DNA from: Podarcis tiliguerta | Taxonomy: Eukaryota | Direction: 5' to 3' (one strand) | Assembly (NCBI GenBank): GCA_965153285.1 | Contig: OZ229116.1 | DNA: 64,000 nt | Shown: piece by piece, positions 39,199 through 50,480 of the stretch | How the letters are laid out: each line of letters starts with the position of its first letter | Position numbering within the stretch: position 1 is the first letter of the stretch | Made by a program: the position numbers and the translations under genes | Notes under the pieces: model-generated | Seen by the model: the letters and a program-made list of their open reading frames with translations, nothing else | The model's database searches: none | Told to the model about the DNA's origin: nothing

Positions 39199-39442
39199 GA
39201 AGAAGAAGAAGAAGAAGAGTTTGGATTTGATATCCCGCCTTTCACTCCCTTTAAGGAGTCTCAAAGCGGGTAACATTCTCCTTTCCCTTCCTCCCCCACA
39301 ACAAACACTCTGTGAGGTGAGTGGGGCTGAGAGACTGTGACTGGCCCAAGGTCACCCAGCAGCTGCATGTGGAGGAGCGGAGACGCGAACCCGGTTACCC
39401 AGATTACGTGACTACCGCTCTTAACCACTACACCACACTGGC
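39199..39442 (-). mobile_element. Full-length young tRNA-derived SINE (MIR/L2-tailed, Squam3-like) with (TTC)n tail
   Basis: A-box tggtgtagtggtt and B-box-like gggttcgcgtct on the minus strand, (gaa)n tail, TSD AGGTA (39194-39198 and 39443-39447). Confidence 0.88.
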
Positions 39443-39671
39443 AGGTACTGGGTATGGCCTGAGAGGAAATAAAGCTGTAAGACCTCCACAAAATCTTTTC
39501 AGGTACAAATAATATTGATGACCCTGACAATGTCATAAGCACTAATAACAATAAATGTACAATAAAAAGAAAAGTGAAAAGTGAAAAAACATTTTGCTGG
39601 ATGGATCATGCTAATATTTTTAAGATTGATGTGCAAATTTAAAAATGTATAAATATATGACCTCTAAATGG

Positions 39672-39672
<1 letters not shown>

Positions 39673-39722
<50 letters not shown>
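39673..39722. repeat. (AAT)n microsatellite
   Basis: About 16 perfect units. Confidence 0.97.
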
Positions 39723-39723
<1 letters not shown>

Positions 39724-40659
39724 GTTTCTTTGGCTGTGTTCAAACCAAGAGGAAGAACAAGCAAGTTGTAAGGTTGCTTGCATGGAAAAAATGCTGATAT
39801 GATATTGTGTGATAGAGAGAAGGCTCAACACCTGCTTTGCCTCTGTCTTCACCCAAAATGATAGCGATGAGATTTATAACATGCTTATTCACTTGCACAA
39901 TTGTAAACGATGTAAGATATGCAAATTTTGTCAATGTATATCGGCAACCAGTACATAGTATACATACACTGTGCAAACTACACCTGCTTGTTTATTGGCT
40001 ACTCCTGGGACATTATTTATTAAATTTCAATACCACCCTCCATCTGAAGATCAAAGAGCAGTTTAAAATATAAAAATGTACAACATAATAATCAACAAAA
40101 ATCATAAGCTGCCACCAAGTATTTTATTTTATTACAACATTTGCTTTCACATATTATGAAGCTGAGGTTTGATAAACTGAAGGGGTTTATTGGGTGTAAT
40201 ACATAACTTTTGTAATCATGGGGCAAAAAGGTTACCGGAGAAGCTGGTGATTGCTTAATTTACCGTGAATTTTCTCAGAGCAACTGTAGCAAGTGTTCTT
40301 GATATCGTAGTATATGAATGCTGAAATTTTGATGTTATAAAAATGGCCCAAGGGAAATGTTTATGATGCTGAAGTACAATAACAATGAAAGGAAGTAGCT
40401 TCTCTTTTTTCTGTAGCTTTCTTTTTTTTAATAATAAAAAAATGAAGCAAGCTAAGGCTTTTAAGTAATCTACGGGCAACATACCATCAATTTTAGTACT
40501 GTAGTTTGCAACCTCACTTGAATTGTTATTAAAATTAATGGAAATAATTTTAGGGAGATGGATGCTATGAAAAAGCAGGCAGTGAGCATTTTAATGCTTG
40601 TTACTGACAGTGCTGTGTATTGACTGGGCAGGAACTAGCAGCCTAACTGCTGAGTGATA

Positions 40660-41480
40660 AAATGAATGGACACAACAACTGTCTGGGATTTAAATGGCCA
40701 CAGCTTTATTGATTTCAGATGTAGGAAGCTTTGGCAAAAGCACTGGGTGTTCATTTGGCAAAAGCATTGGGCCTTAGTTCCCCTGTTGGGGGAACAGGCA
40801 TGACAGGGTCTATCCAGGTATGGATCCATTGCAAATTGCAGGTTTACGTGGATGACCCCCAAACGCTGAGGGAAGCTCTATGGCCTGCTAGCCATACACA
40901 GTTGGTTCTTTGTATAGAGACTTCCCTCCAGACCCCTTTTATGGGGTACCCTGGTAATGCCGCCACAGGGAATGGGGTTGGTGGGTGGACCACCACTTCA
41001 ACACACCCCAATTGGATGAAAGACTATAGGATTCTGCTCAAGGCCTAAACCACCAAAGTTGTGACTAGCACTATGGGGAAGATGAAACCTGCATAGCAGG
41101 GAAATTTCCTTCCCGGCCCTGAATATGGCAACTGTCAAAAGACCACAGCAAAGCCCAGCTAGCTGAAAAGAAATGGTGAGAGCAGTAATCAACTATTGAT
41201 GAAGGGAGGGCAAGGGGGGGTGACGCTTCCGGCCGACTGGATGCTGTGCTGAGTGCTTGGCTGTACTAAGTTGATGGCTGTCCCCTGCCCCCCCCCCCAG
41301 GGCCACCATGGATTGGCTCATTTGAAGGACAGGTTTGGTGGGAACCTGTGAGCCTCTGCGGTGGCCGGAGGGGACAGGGAAACATTCTAAAACGGCACTG
41401 CGTTTTCAGGCGTGAGGAGGCACCACATCGTGCTGTAAGCGGCAAGACGGTAAGCGGCCATTGTAGGGACTTCAGTGGCA
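40660..41480 (-). mobile_element. Unclassified GC-rich LTR-like (possibly DIRS/Ngaro-type) repeat
   Basis: CpG-rich 5' part, CCAAT, and AATAAA (40705-40710, minus) followed by gctgtggcc...ccca..tgtgtc. Internal 24-bp duplication at 40730-40771. No TSD identified. Confidence 0.4.
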
Positions 41481-42457
41481 TAGAATTATTTGGTGCACTC
41501 TTTGTTACTTCCTAACATTATCTTCTCATACTTTATTTTGGGTTGCACCTCTACAATTTACTTGTTGAATTACTAATTGATTTATTTTTAGTGATTTAGT
41601 GGGAAGCTGGGTGAGAATGAGTAAGCTAACGCAGTCCCAAGTATATCACAGCTATATGCCTTGTTATGTCCCTGGAATCCTGCATTGAAATATTTGAGCA
41701 TGCCATAAGCAGTTTGGAATAGTGCTTTTCAACTTCAGCTATAGTAATGCTAGTTCCACACAGTATAATTACTATGTCATCTTAGAATAACTTGCCCGTT
41801 TTGATGCTGTAGAATCTGACAGACATAATTTTGAGGCACATAATTTTAATTCACAGGTATTTATAATGGTACACAGTGTGCTCTCATTTTCTGAATGTAA
41901 ATGCTCCTTTTGGAAGGGAAGTATGTGAAACAAGAGGAATTTATTTTGAATGGCGTTGTTAAAGGGACCGATTCAGAGCCAACTGTGCATATCAGATGTT
42001 GTTACTTTAGATCAGTTTTTTTTAATTGTGCCCAGAAGAGTCTGCTTTGTGAGCAAAAGCAAAATGTTTTACAATTAGGCCTATTAGGCCTACTTAAGCA
42101 TATGAGACTTTGTAGCAAAGTATTGGGCTGTATATATTTGAAAGAAAATGTTATAAATAGCAGGGCATACATGTTACATTTTTTAAAAACAATTCAGAAA
42201 TCCTGAACTGAAGCACAAAAATGCTACATATTTTGGTTTTTAAAAAATATACTTTTGTGCTATGTTAATCACTGCATTTCAGTAGATGTTTGTGAGGTTT
42301 TATACCTTGCTTTCTGAAAACCTTTTAAAAAAAATGTTTGACTGTGCCTTTTTGAACTGCCTGATCAGCACTTAGAATGCTAAATGTCACTCATGGAATT
42401 GCATTGGCTATCCTGAGAATTCCAGGGCAGGGTTCTTGTGAACTGAAAAAGAGACAC

Positions 42458-42459
<2 letters not shown>

Positions 42460-42492
<33 letters not shown>
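42460..42492. repeat. (ATT)n microsatellite
   Basis: About 10 units. Confidence 0.95.
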
Positions 42493-44847
42493 GTAAAGCA
42501 GCTTCAAAATACCTTTAAATAAAAATAAATAATGTGGTTTGTACAGTTGTACAGGCCTGTAAATATTGACAAGTCTCCATGGTACCCCTTCAAGAAAAAA
42601 TACATATTCAAGTTCTAGACCTCTCTATACACTTCACAAAATAAAAGTGCAGCAGATAACCCATATTCTCTCCAGTAAAGGAAAGAAAATTAATTGGTCA
42701 TATACTCATTCCATGTTTAATACCAGCAACTACATCTAAAATTCATTTTAGAAATGCAATTAAGAATGACCTTTAAAAAGTCTCAATTCTTCATACCAAA
42801 GCAGGTATGAATAGCAAGAAGGAAGGGGAAAGAGTAATTTCAAAGATCACTTTCCTCATTCCACCACTCAGCTCATTACTGAATGTTCCTCCTTTGGTTT
42901 ATAGCCTGCAGCTCGCTAATCTGCTTGCTTGCATACAAGGGCCCCCTGGCCTTGTGCCATAATGAAAAACAGATGCTATCTCCAGACCCATCTGCCAAGG
43001 GTGCTTCCATGCACGGACCTATTTTGCCCTAGAAGAGCTGTGGATGGTGAAATTTGGGCAGTGAAGAAGGGCAGTAGCTAAAAGTAGTTGACACTCAGAG
43101 TGATTCAAGGGTGAATGCTTCTTTTATTTGATTTACACCCACTGTCAGTCTTCTGCATTCTGTGATACTGGTCTGTAAAAGGGTCCCATTTATCTTGCTA
43201 GTAGGGATGCCTGAGGAATCCATTGAGTTCAAATTCTGGAGTGAAACATCCAAATTAATGTGCGGAACCCTCCCTTACCAAGATTCCTCATCACACATAG
43301 GTTTTGAAGCATATTCACCTGGATATTTTTAGAGGTCTCCTTCAAATGCATTCGGTCAGTGTGGTGCATGCAGATGCTGGCATGCATGGAGGGTGGAGCC
43401 ATTGTGTGCATTCCTACACCACCTTGCTTGTGGCTGAGCTTGCTGGCCTTAAACATTTGGCTGTCAAGACTTCAGGCTTTCCTGGGTTTTCACCATGTCA
43501 ACCACAGACCTAATTGACAGACTCACACAGTCTGCCTGACTTCTGGTTCTTTAGTTCATTTCCTCTCATCCTCTGAAGCTGAAGAGAAAACAATAGAGAA
43601 TACAGAAATCCAGGATTCTCTCTTTCCTGTCATTGGTTAACAGAGGTACCATCAGTCATGAAACAAAAGACAGAGATGCCCATAGAAAACAATAGATAAA
43701 TCCAGGATTTCTTCTGTAGTGTGTGAGCTACTCTTGTTTCTTATATCTGTAGGCTCAGCTGTGAACAACATTCCATAGGATCTGGAAGCTCATGGTTCTC
43801 CTACATACTTTTTCATACCTAGGACATTCCTGAGTATGTAGGAGCCACTACTTTCTTTTAGACAACTCCATTTCTCTTTCAAACTGGGCAGCGTTCAAGA
43901 TTGCTATGACAGGGGATGATGATGACACATGTTTATAGGGAGACTTCTTTTTAATTCAGCAGAATCAGTGATGATGAAATCTATAGACCAACTGCATGCT
44001 GAAGTGTTTTGAGCCAGCACTGCTACAGATTTGCTGAGATAGTTGCTCTATATTCACATGCCAGTTGCTCCTCACATCATCAAGGGACTGACTCTGTAAT
44101 GTTTTGGCCTTCCCCTTATTTATCATCATTGCTGACTGTCACATTGTTCTGGGAGAGATAGATTATGAACAACTGTGGATGGGATACTTTTAATTAAAGT
44201 AAGGGGGGAGCTTCATTGAAATTCTGTAATGTACATAAGTCATCTGTCATAATTTAACAAATGAAAAAGACTAAGAGAAGGTACCATCAATCAAGACTAT
44301 TTAACTACACTCTAGAGTGAATTAAATTGTATTTAAGAACTTTTATCAGAATAGCAATAAAGACTAGTACAAAGCACACCATGTTTTGTTAATCTGCTTC
44401 CTGATTTCTGCCTAGTAATCATTTTTTTGGTCAGGACAGAGTATATAAAAGTTGAAGGTGTCTTTTTTTTTTTTTTTGGTGGAGAGGGAGTGTTTGCTCA
44501 GTTTAATGAAACTTTATGTATACAAAAAAAGTTTTGCCTTGGACTAGGAAAAACATTTTTTTTATGTTTAGCTCTCTCCCCTTTAACGTCAAGAAAAGCA
44601 GCTTTAATATTTGTTTTAAAAAATGCTTCAGTCACATGACTCTTACTTTCCATTTTGGAATTTTGAGCCCAGTCTTTAGGCAGGTGGTGTCAAACAAAGA
44701 GCTAATGGGAATTGCTTTAAGGCTCATTTTCATCTAGCTTGTTATCTACAAAGTGGCAAAGAAGTTCAATGCTGGTCTTGTCCAAGTGGACACAGCTCTG
44801 TTAACACTGTTAACTGTCTGATTGGACTTTGTTCTGTTAACTGGAAT

Positions 44848-45143
44848 CAGGGGTAGGCCATCACATTTTGCTGCCTGAGGCTAAACAAGAAGGTACTGTT
44901 CCCACTCCCTACGGTGAAGCCTTCCTTGCTGGGGTCGTGCAGCAGAGGATTCCAGTAATACCTTGCAAGAGTTTTGCAAGATCTCATGAGATCTTGCCGG
45001 AAGCCACCGCCATGCAACTCTGGTAAGCAAGGCTTTGGGGTAGGGGGGCAGTGGTGGCAGCAGGGAAGGGTGCTCACAGGGGTGCCGTCCTGTGGGATTC
45101 TGCCACCAGAAGTGGCTGCTTCAGTCTGCCTCATGGGCAGGGG
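44848..45143. mobile_element. hAT-like non-autonomous element
   Basis: caggggtaggcc..cattttgctgcctgaggc at the left, gctgcttcagtctgcctcatgggcaggg at the right; GC-rich relative to the flanks. Confidence 0.5.
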
Positions 45144-45572
45144 TACTTGATATACACTATGTCAGATGTGTACAAACATTTAATGTGCATGTTTTAAATT
45201 ATTTAATTATTCAGACTGTTGTGTGTGGGGAGATTCTCTGCTAGAGCGACTAGCTTTTGGAATGTAGTTTTTGCAGGATCACAGCACAGAAAGAAAGGGT
45301 TAGCACCCTTGCCATACTCAGCAGTCTTGATCCTGCTTGTTGCCCTATTGATGATATTTTAAAATGTGCATATTAAATGCTTACACACATATTTTGCCTT
45401 CAGCATTTCATTTCTTAAAACTCCATATGTTGAGGGTGCTGAAATAATTCACCTTTACATAAATCGGCTCTTTAGTTTTTCTCAGGAAGGAAAAAAAGAT
45501 GTGAAGCACAAAGTAAAATTGTTTTTGATTATCAGAGATGATGCTTAGAAATGAACTACAGAAAACAAACTA

Positions 45573-46134
45573 CAGTGGACCCTCCAGATACGAACTTAAT
45601 TTGTTCTGGGGGTCCGTTCGCACCCCCAAAATAATGTAAATAGAGGTGCGCTTCTGCCCACGCACAAGCGATGAAACCCGTAAGTATACCCTTCCGTTTG
45701 CCGTGGCCGTAACCCAAAGATTCTGTATCTAGAGGGATACGTAAGTAGAGGTAAAGGTAAAGGTACCCCTGCCCGTACGGGCCAGTCTTGACAGACTCTA
45801 GGGTTGTGCGCTCATCTCACTTAAGAGGCCGGGGGCCAGCGCTGTCCGGAGACACTTCCGGGTCACGTGGCCAGCGTGACGAAGCTGCTCTGGCGAGCCA
45901 GCACCAGCGCAGCACAAGGAAATGCCGTTTACCTTCCCGCTATAAAGCGGTACCTATTTATCTACTTACACTTAGGAGTGCTTTCGAACTGCTAGGTGGG
46001 CAGGAGCTGGGACCGAAAGACGGGAGCTCACTCCGCCGCGGGGATTCGAACCGCCGACCATGCGATCGGCAAGCCCTAGGCGCTGAGGTTTTACCCACAG
46101 CGCCACCCGCGTCCCTTCAGTAGAGGTACAACTG
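45573..46134. mobile_element. Tc1/mariner MITE (family A relative) split by a Sauria SINE
   Basis: TA|CAGTGGACCCTC...gaacttaatttgttctgggggtccgttc ... AGAGGTACAACTG|TA. Confidence 0.8.
45754..46115 (-). mobile_element. Full-length Sauria SINE (Squam1)
   Basis: 5' gggacgcgggtggcgctgtgggtaaaacc, B-box ggttcgaatcc (46042-46052), BovB-derived 3' end with (ACCTTT)n tail, TSD AGTAGAGGTA (45744-45753 and 46119-46128), CpGs retained. Confidence 0.93.
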
Positions 46135-47799
46135 TACATTTTAAAACAGAGATTTGGACATTTGAGCTTGACATGGCTACCAGCTAGATGAGATGACGCT
46201 TTTGGATGCAAAGAAATCATGATAAAGTGGCTACTGGGAGTTTTGGATGATTTCAGTTATGTTGATCAGTCTGGTGTGCAGCAGAAGCACAGATTTCTGA
46301 AGGGTTTTCTGCTACAGACAAAATATTCTACCAACAGCTGTTACAAAAAGGATATAAGTTGAATAATGAATTCTATTGTTAGCACTGGGTCATACATGAG
46401 CAGATTGGAATCAAACTATGGTAGCCTTGAGCAGTGGAAGGAAGTTGACTTTTATGCTTAGAAACAGAAACTTTTCAAGCAAAAAAAAAAATTGAGAAAA
46501 CAAACGCTTAAAACTGTTTTCAGCAAAATGGGTAAAGAAAGTATAGGAGTAAATATATGTAGTCAACACACCATTGATTTTATTTCATTCAGTGTATGAA
46601 TTTCTGCCACAAATTGAGGGCGGTTTTTTGGCAGAGGTTAGGAGAGATCATGACAGAAAAGATATGTAATATGAGTCTTATTACCCAAGGCACTGGAGTG
46701 CATATAGCACTTCACAAAATAGACATAGTAGCTGCCAGTAAAAATACACAAGGTTTAAGATAACATTCTGCAAATTAGGAATACTTACAGTATCCCTGTA
46801 CAGTAGATTCAACCGTCACTATTGTGATGTGTTTTCTGTATTAGCTTGGTGAATTGCTCCCTATGACTGCAATCCTGTGTTTGGTTAATCTGTGTGAATT
46901 CTAACTGAATCACTTTGACAACCTTTTAAAACCTATGATAGTAGAACACAGAACTTGATCCTGGAGGCCAAAGTAACCACTGGTTAAAGGTGCATTACTA
47001 AAAGTACTGGTGCTGGTGTATATTGTTAAGAAATGGTTGGTAATTATTGCAGAAATGTTTCTTTTTGTCTGCAATCCTTTCAGGCCAAGAAAACTTAATA
47101 CTGCTTTTGTTCTTTACTTAATACAAGGAAAGTGTTTTAAATACACAGGATTTCTACTGCTGCTTTAAATGCTATTATTTAAGAGCATGCACTTGCAGCT
47201 GCAAAACTCATCAAGTAAATTGAAAGGATTACCCATGAAATCAGCTTCAAACTTTTTATTTTTATTTTCTCACAACCAATATGAAGGTAATGCACTTGGA
47301 ATTATAATGATATTGAGATTGACTGTTTAAATCCTTTCTAAAGTTCAAAGCATAAAGCAGACTGCATGCACTTCCAAGCCACAGTGGGGCTTCTAAGCAG
47401 GAGCTTGTGATAAAAAAAAAAAAGAGTGAAATCAGGTTTGACTAAAATCGTCCACCATTCCCATATGGCTTTAACAGGAAGTTTTCAGGCTCAAAAAGAC
47501 AACGGTTTGGGGAAGCAGCAGACCTCATTTTCAAATTGTCTGAGATTGCTTTGCGGATCTTGTCTTCTGGGGAACATGAAGACAAGATGCTCATTAAAAA
47601 TGAGCTGCACCAGGGAGCTCGACTGAGCTTCAAGTACACTTAATAGTTTTTTGCTTGAGGAATATAAAGGGAGACGATACCTCTTTCAAAAGCTGAAGTG
47701 CAGATGAAGAGAAATACAGCTGGATTCCTTATGGAAAAGTATAGATTACAGGATGCAATACCTTGCTTTGTTTTGTTTATATGGGATGTGGAGTGAGGA

Positions 47800-50480
47800 A
47801 TGCTCAATTCTTTCTGCCTTCTGATTGCAGCCTCTGGGAGCTCACGACCAGGAATTGTAAACAGGGGCGTTAGCGAGGGCATTTTGAGGGGGCATCCGAG
47901 AGTGCTGTCTCATGGTGTATGTAGGACCAAGAGATATGGGCGGCTAGGGAGCTGTTGCAGTGATTTGCAGTACCTGTGCCATGTTTGTCTTACTGCCTGA
48001 GAACACGCAAAACTACAACTGCAGCAAGTGCAAGTTGGTTGCTTTTCTGGCAGTGAAAGTACAGCAACTTGAGTTCCACCTATCCACACTTTGAGCTACT
48101 GGGCAAGATGAGGATTTTTTCAACAGAACAGAGTGGACTGTCCTGGAACAGGGATGCAGGTAGTGTGCTCCTAGAGTGGAGGATTGCACATTGCAGGAGA
48201 TGAACTGCTGGAGGAATGTGATGCACAGGAACCATGCTGTGTTACTGGATTCCATGCCCTCATATTGGGTACCAATTCTGGGCCAGAAGAGCAAGGATAG
48301 CAGTTACAGATCTCAGAATACAACAAGGTGACTCTGGAAGGTATGGTGTACAGAACGATTCCTGCTGCTCCAGAGGGAGAAGAGATGTGTGGTGATGGTA
48401 GGGACAGAGACAGCAATGTGTGAAAGTAACAAGATGTCCTGGGAAGTGTGCTGACTTCCAGGTGCAACGATTCAAGATGTGACAAAGAATTTGTGAAGTC
48501 TTATAAAGCTCGCTGACCACAAACCCTTCCTTATAGATAGAAATGATACCGCTAAACACAGCTTTCAACATATAGCAAGGGACTATGAAGCTGCACAGGT
48601 GGTTTTTAATCACTCCTTCATGTTTAAGGTTGTGTCCCAGTAAGAAAGGGGAGGGGGAGGAAATAAATCACTCGCTGTGCAGGTGATGTTGTCAGGAAAT
48701 ATTTGGCTTCTTGGACTAGTCTCTGCTTTCTTGAGGAAGGGCTTTTGGCAAGAGATGGCAAGAATGTGTTTGCTAAGAGTCACATGAATCTGATCAGGAG
48801 GTCTTTAAACTATATATTGAGGTGGAAAGAGACAATATTACAGATGACAGGGAACACCTGGTATTCTGGATACTAGTTTCATTGATGCACAAGAAACTGA
48901 GGTGGTGCTCCAGAAACCTGCTAAAGGGCGGGAAAACTACAAAAAGGAAGCAGCCGAGGGAATGACTTGTGGTTTCAATTGACTCTATCCTATATACAGA
49001 GCATGAGGAACAAGCAAGAAGAATATGAGCTCTTAATACAGGATACCAAATATGACCTAATAGGCATTACTGAAACGTGGTGGGATGAGACTCATGACTG
49101 AAATGTAGCAATTGAGGATGTAACCTGTTCAAAAGGAATAGATGAGATAGGAAAGGATGTGCACACTTGTGGAGAGATCCTTGAGCTGGAAAATGAAAGA
49201 CAGATCTGAGTGTATATGGGTAAAAATTGTAGGCAAGGGAAACAACAGTGACCTTACTGTGGGTGGTCTGCTATAGTCCTCCAGGCCGGACTCAAGACTT
49301 GGATGATGCCTTCTTAGAGCAAATTACCAAACATTCCAAAAGGAAAGATTTAGTAATCACAGGAGACTTCAACTACCTTGATATCTGTTGGAACTAAAAC
49401 TCTGCCATGAATGTAAGGGCCAACAAATTCATCAGTTTTTTCACTGACATTTTCATCTCCCAGAAGATGGATGAAGAAACAAGGGGGTCCTCACCAACAG
49501 GGAGGAATTGATTGACAAAGGGGAAATACTGGGAACCTTGAGAGGAAACGATCATGTCCTCTTGAGTTTCATTATACACAGACAAGGGAAAGCATGCAAT
49601 CAGACACACACTCAGGACTTGAATGCTGATTTCAAAAAGCTGGAGGAACTGCTGGGTGAGAGCCACGGTCAGAAATACTCAAAAAGACAAAGTCTTCCAT
49701 GATATTCTTGCTGACAAGCTGGTAAAATGAGGGCTAGACTCAGGTGGATTTGTAGCTGGTTGACCAACAGAACCCAAAGAGAGCTCACTAATAGTTCCTT
49801 CACATACTGGGGAAAAGGGACAAGTGAGATGCCACAGGGTTCTGTCAGGCCTGTGTAAATGACTTGGATGAAGGTATTGAGGGTCTAGAAGTCAAGCCTT
49901 ATGAGGAACAATTGAGTTAGTAGGGTAGAGATATGATAGCCATTTTAAATATCTAAAGGTCTGTCACATGGAAGATGGGGCAAGCTTTAAACTACCCTCA
50001 TGCTATGAAGGGTGGAACCTGAACCAATGCCTTCAAGTTACAAGAAAGGAGATTCTGACTAAAGATCAGGAAAAACTTCCTGATGTTAAGAGCTTTTCGA
50101 CAATGGAATGAACTTCCTTGGGAGGTGGTGGACTCGTCTTCCTTGGAGGTTTTTAAGCAGAGGTTGGATGAGTATCTATTATGGATAGTTAAGATTCCTG
50201 TACAGTGGTATCTCTGGTTATGAACACTTCAGGTTACAAGCTCCGCTAACCCGGAAGTAGCTGCTCCTGGTTGCGAACTTTGCCCCAGGATGTGAACGGA
50301 AATTGCGCGCCAGAGATGCACTCACAGCGGGAGGTCCCATTAGCGGAAGCACGCCTCAGGATAAGAACAGTTTCAGCTTAAGAATGGACCTCCGGAACGA
50401 ATTAAGTTCGTAACCAGAGGTACCACTGTATTGCAGGAAGTTGGCCTAGATGAACCTCATGGTCCCTTCCAATTTTACAT
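47800..50480 (+). mobile_element. 5'-intact but decayed and internally deleted CR1 LINE
   Basis: ORF1 start at 47936 (MGG*GAVAVICSTCAMF..YNCSKCKLV..KVQQLE, Zn finger/zipper); SGNH esterase motif (EVC*LPGATIQDVT, about 48442-48483); ORF2 endonuclease (YDLIGITETWWDETHD at 49051, GDFNY..ICW near 49362); RT remnants (HDILADKL, PQGSV, NDLDEG); CR1 3' UTR. Confidence 0.9.
50203..50428 (-). mobile_element. Tc1/mariner MITE (family A subfamily) nested in the CR1 3' UTR
   Basis: TA|CAGTGGTATCTCTGGTTA...TAACCAGAGGTACCACTG|TA; the CR1 sequence gattcctg / ttgcagg is continuous across it. Confidence 0.9.

Noticed and set aside
39664-39852. ORFs with poly-Ile (and poly-Asn/Leu at 63380-63683)
   Set aside because: Translations of (AAT)n microsatellites.
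46030-46115. tRNA-like A/B boxes (also at about 39380-39442 and 7010)
   Set aside because: These are SINE heads with tails and TSDs, not tRNA genes.
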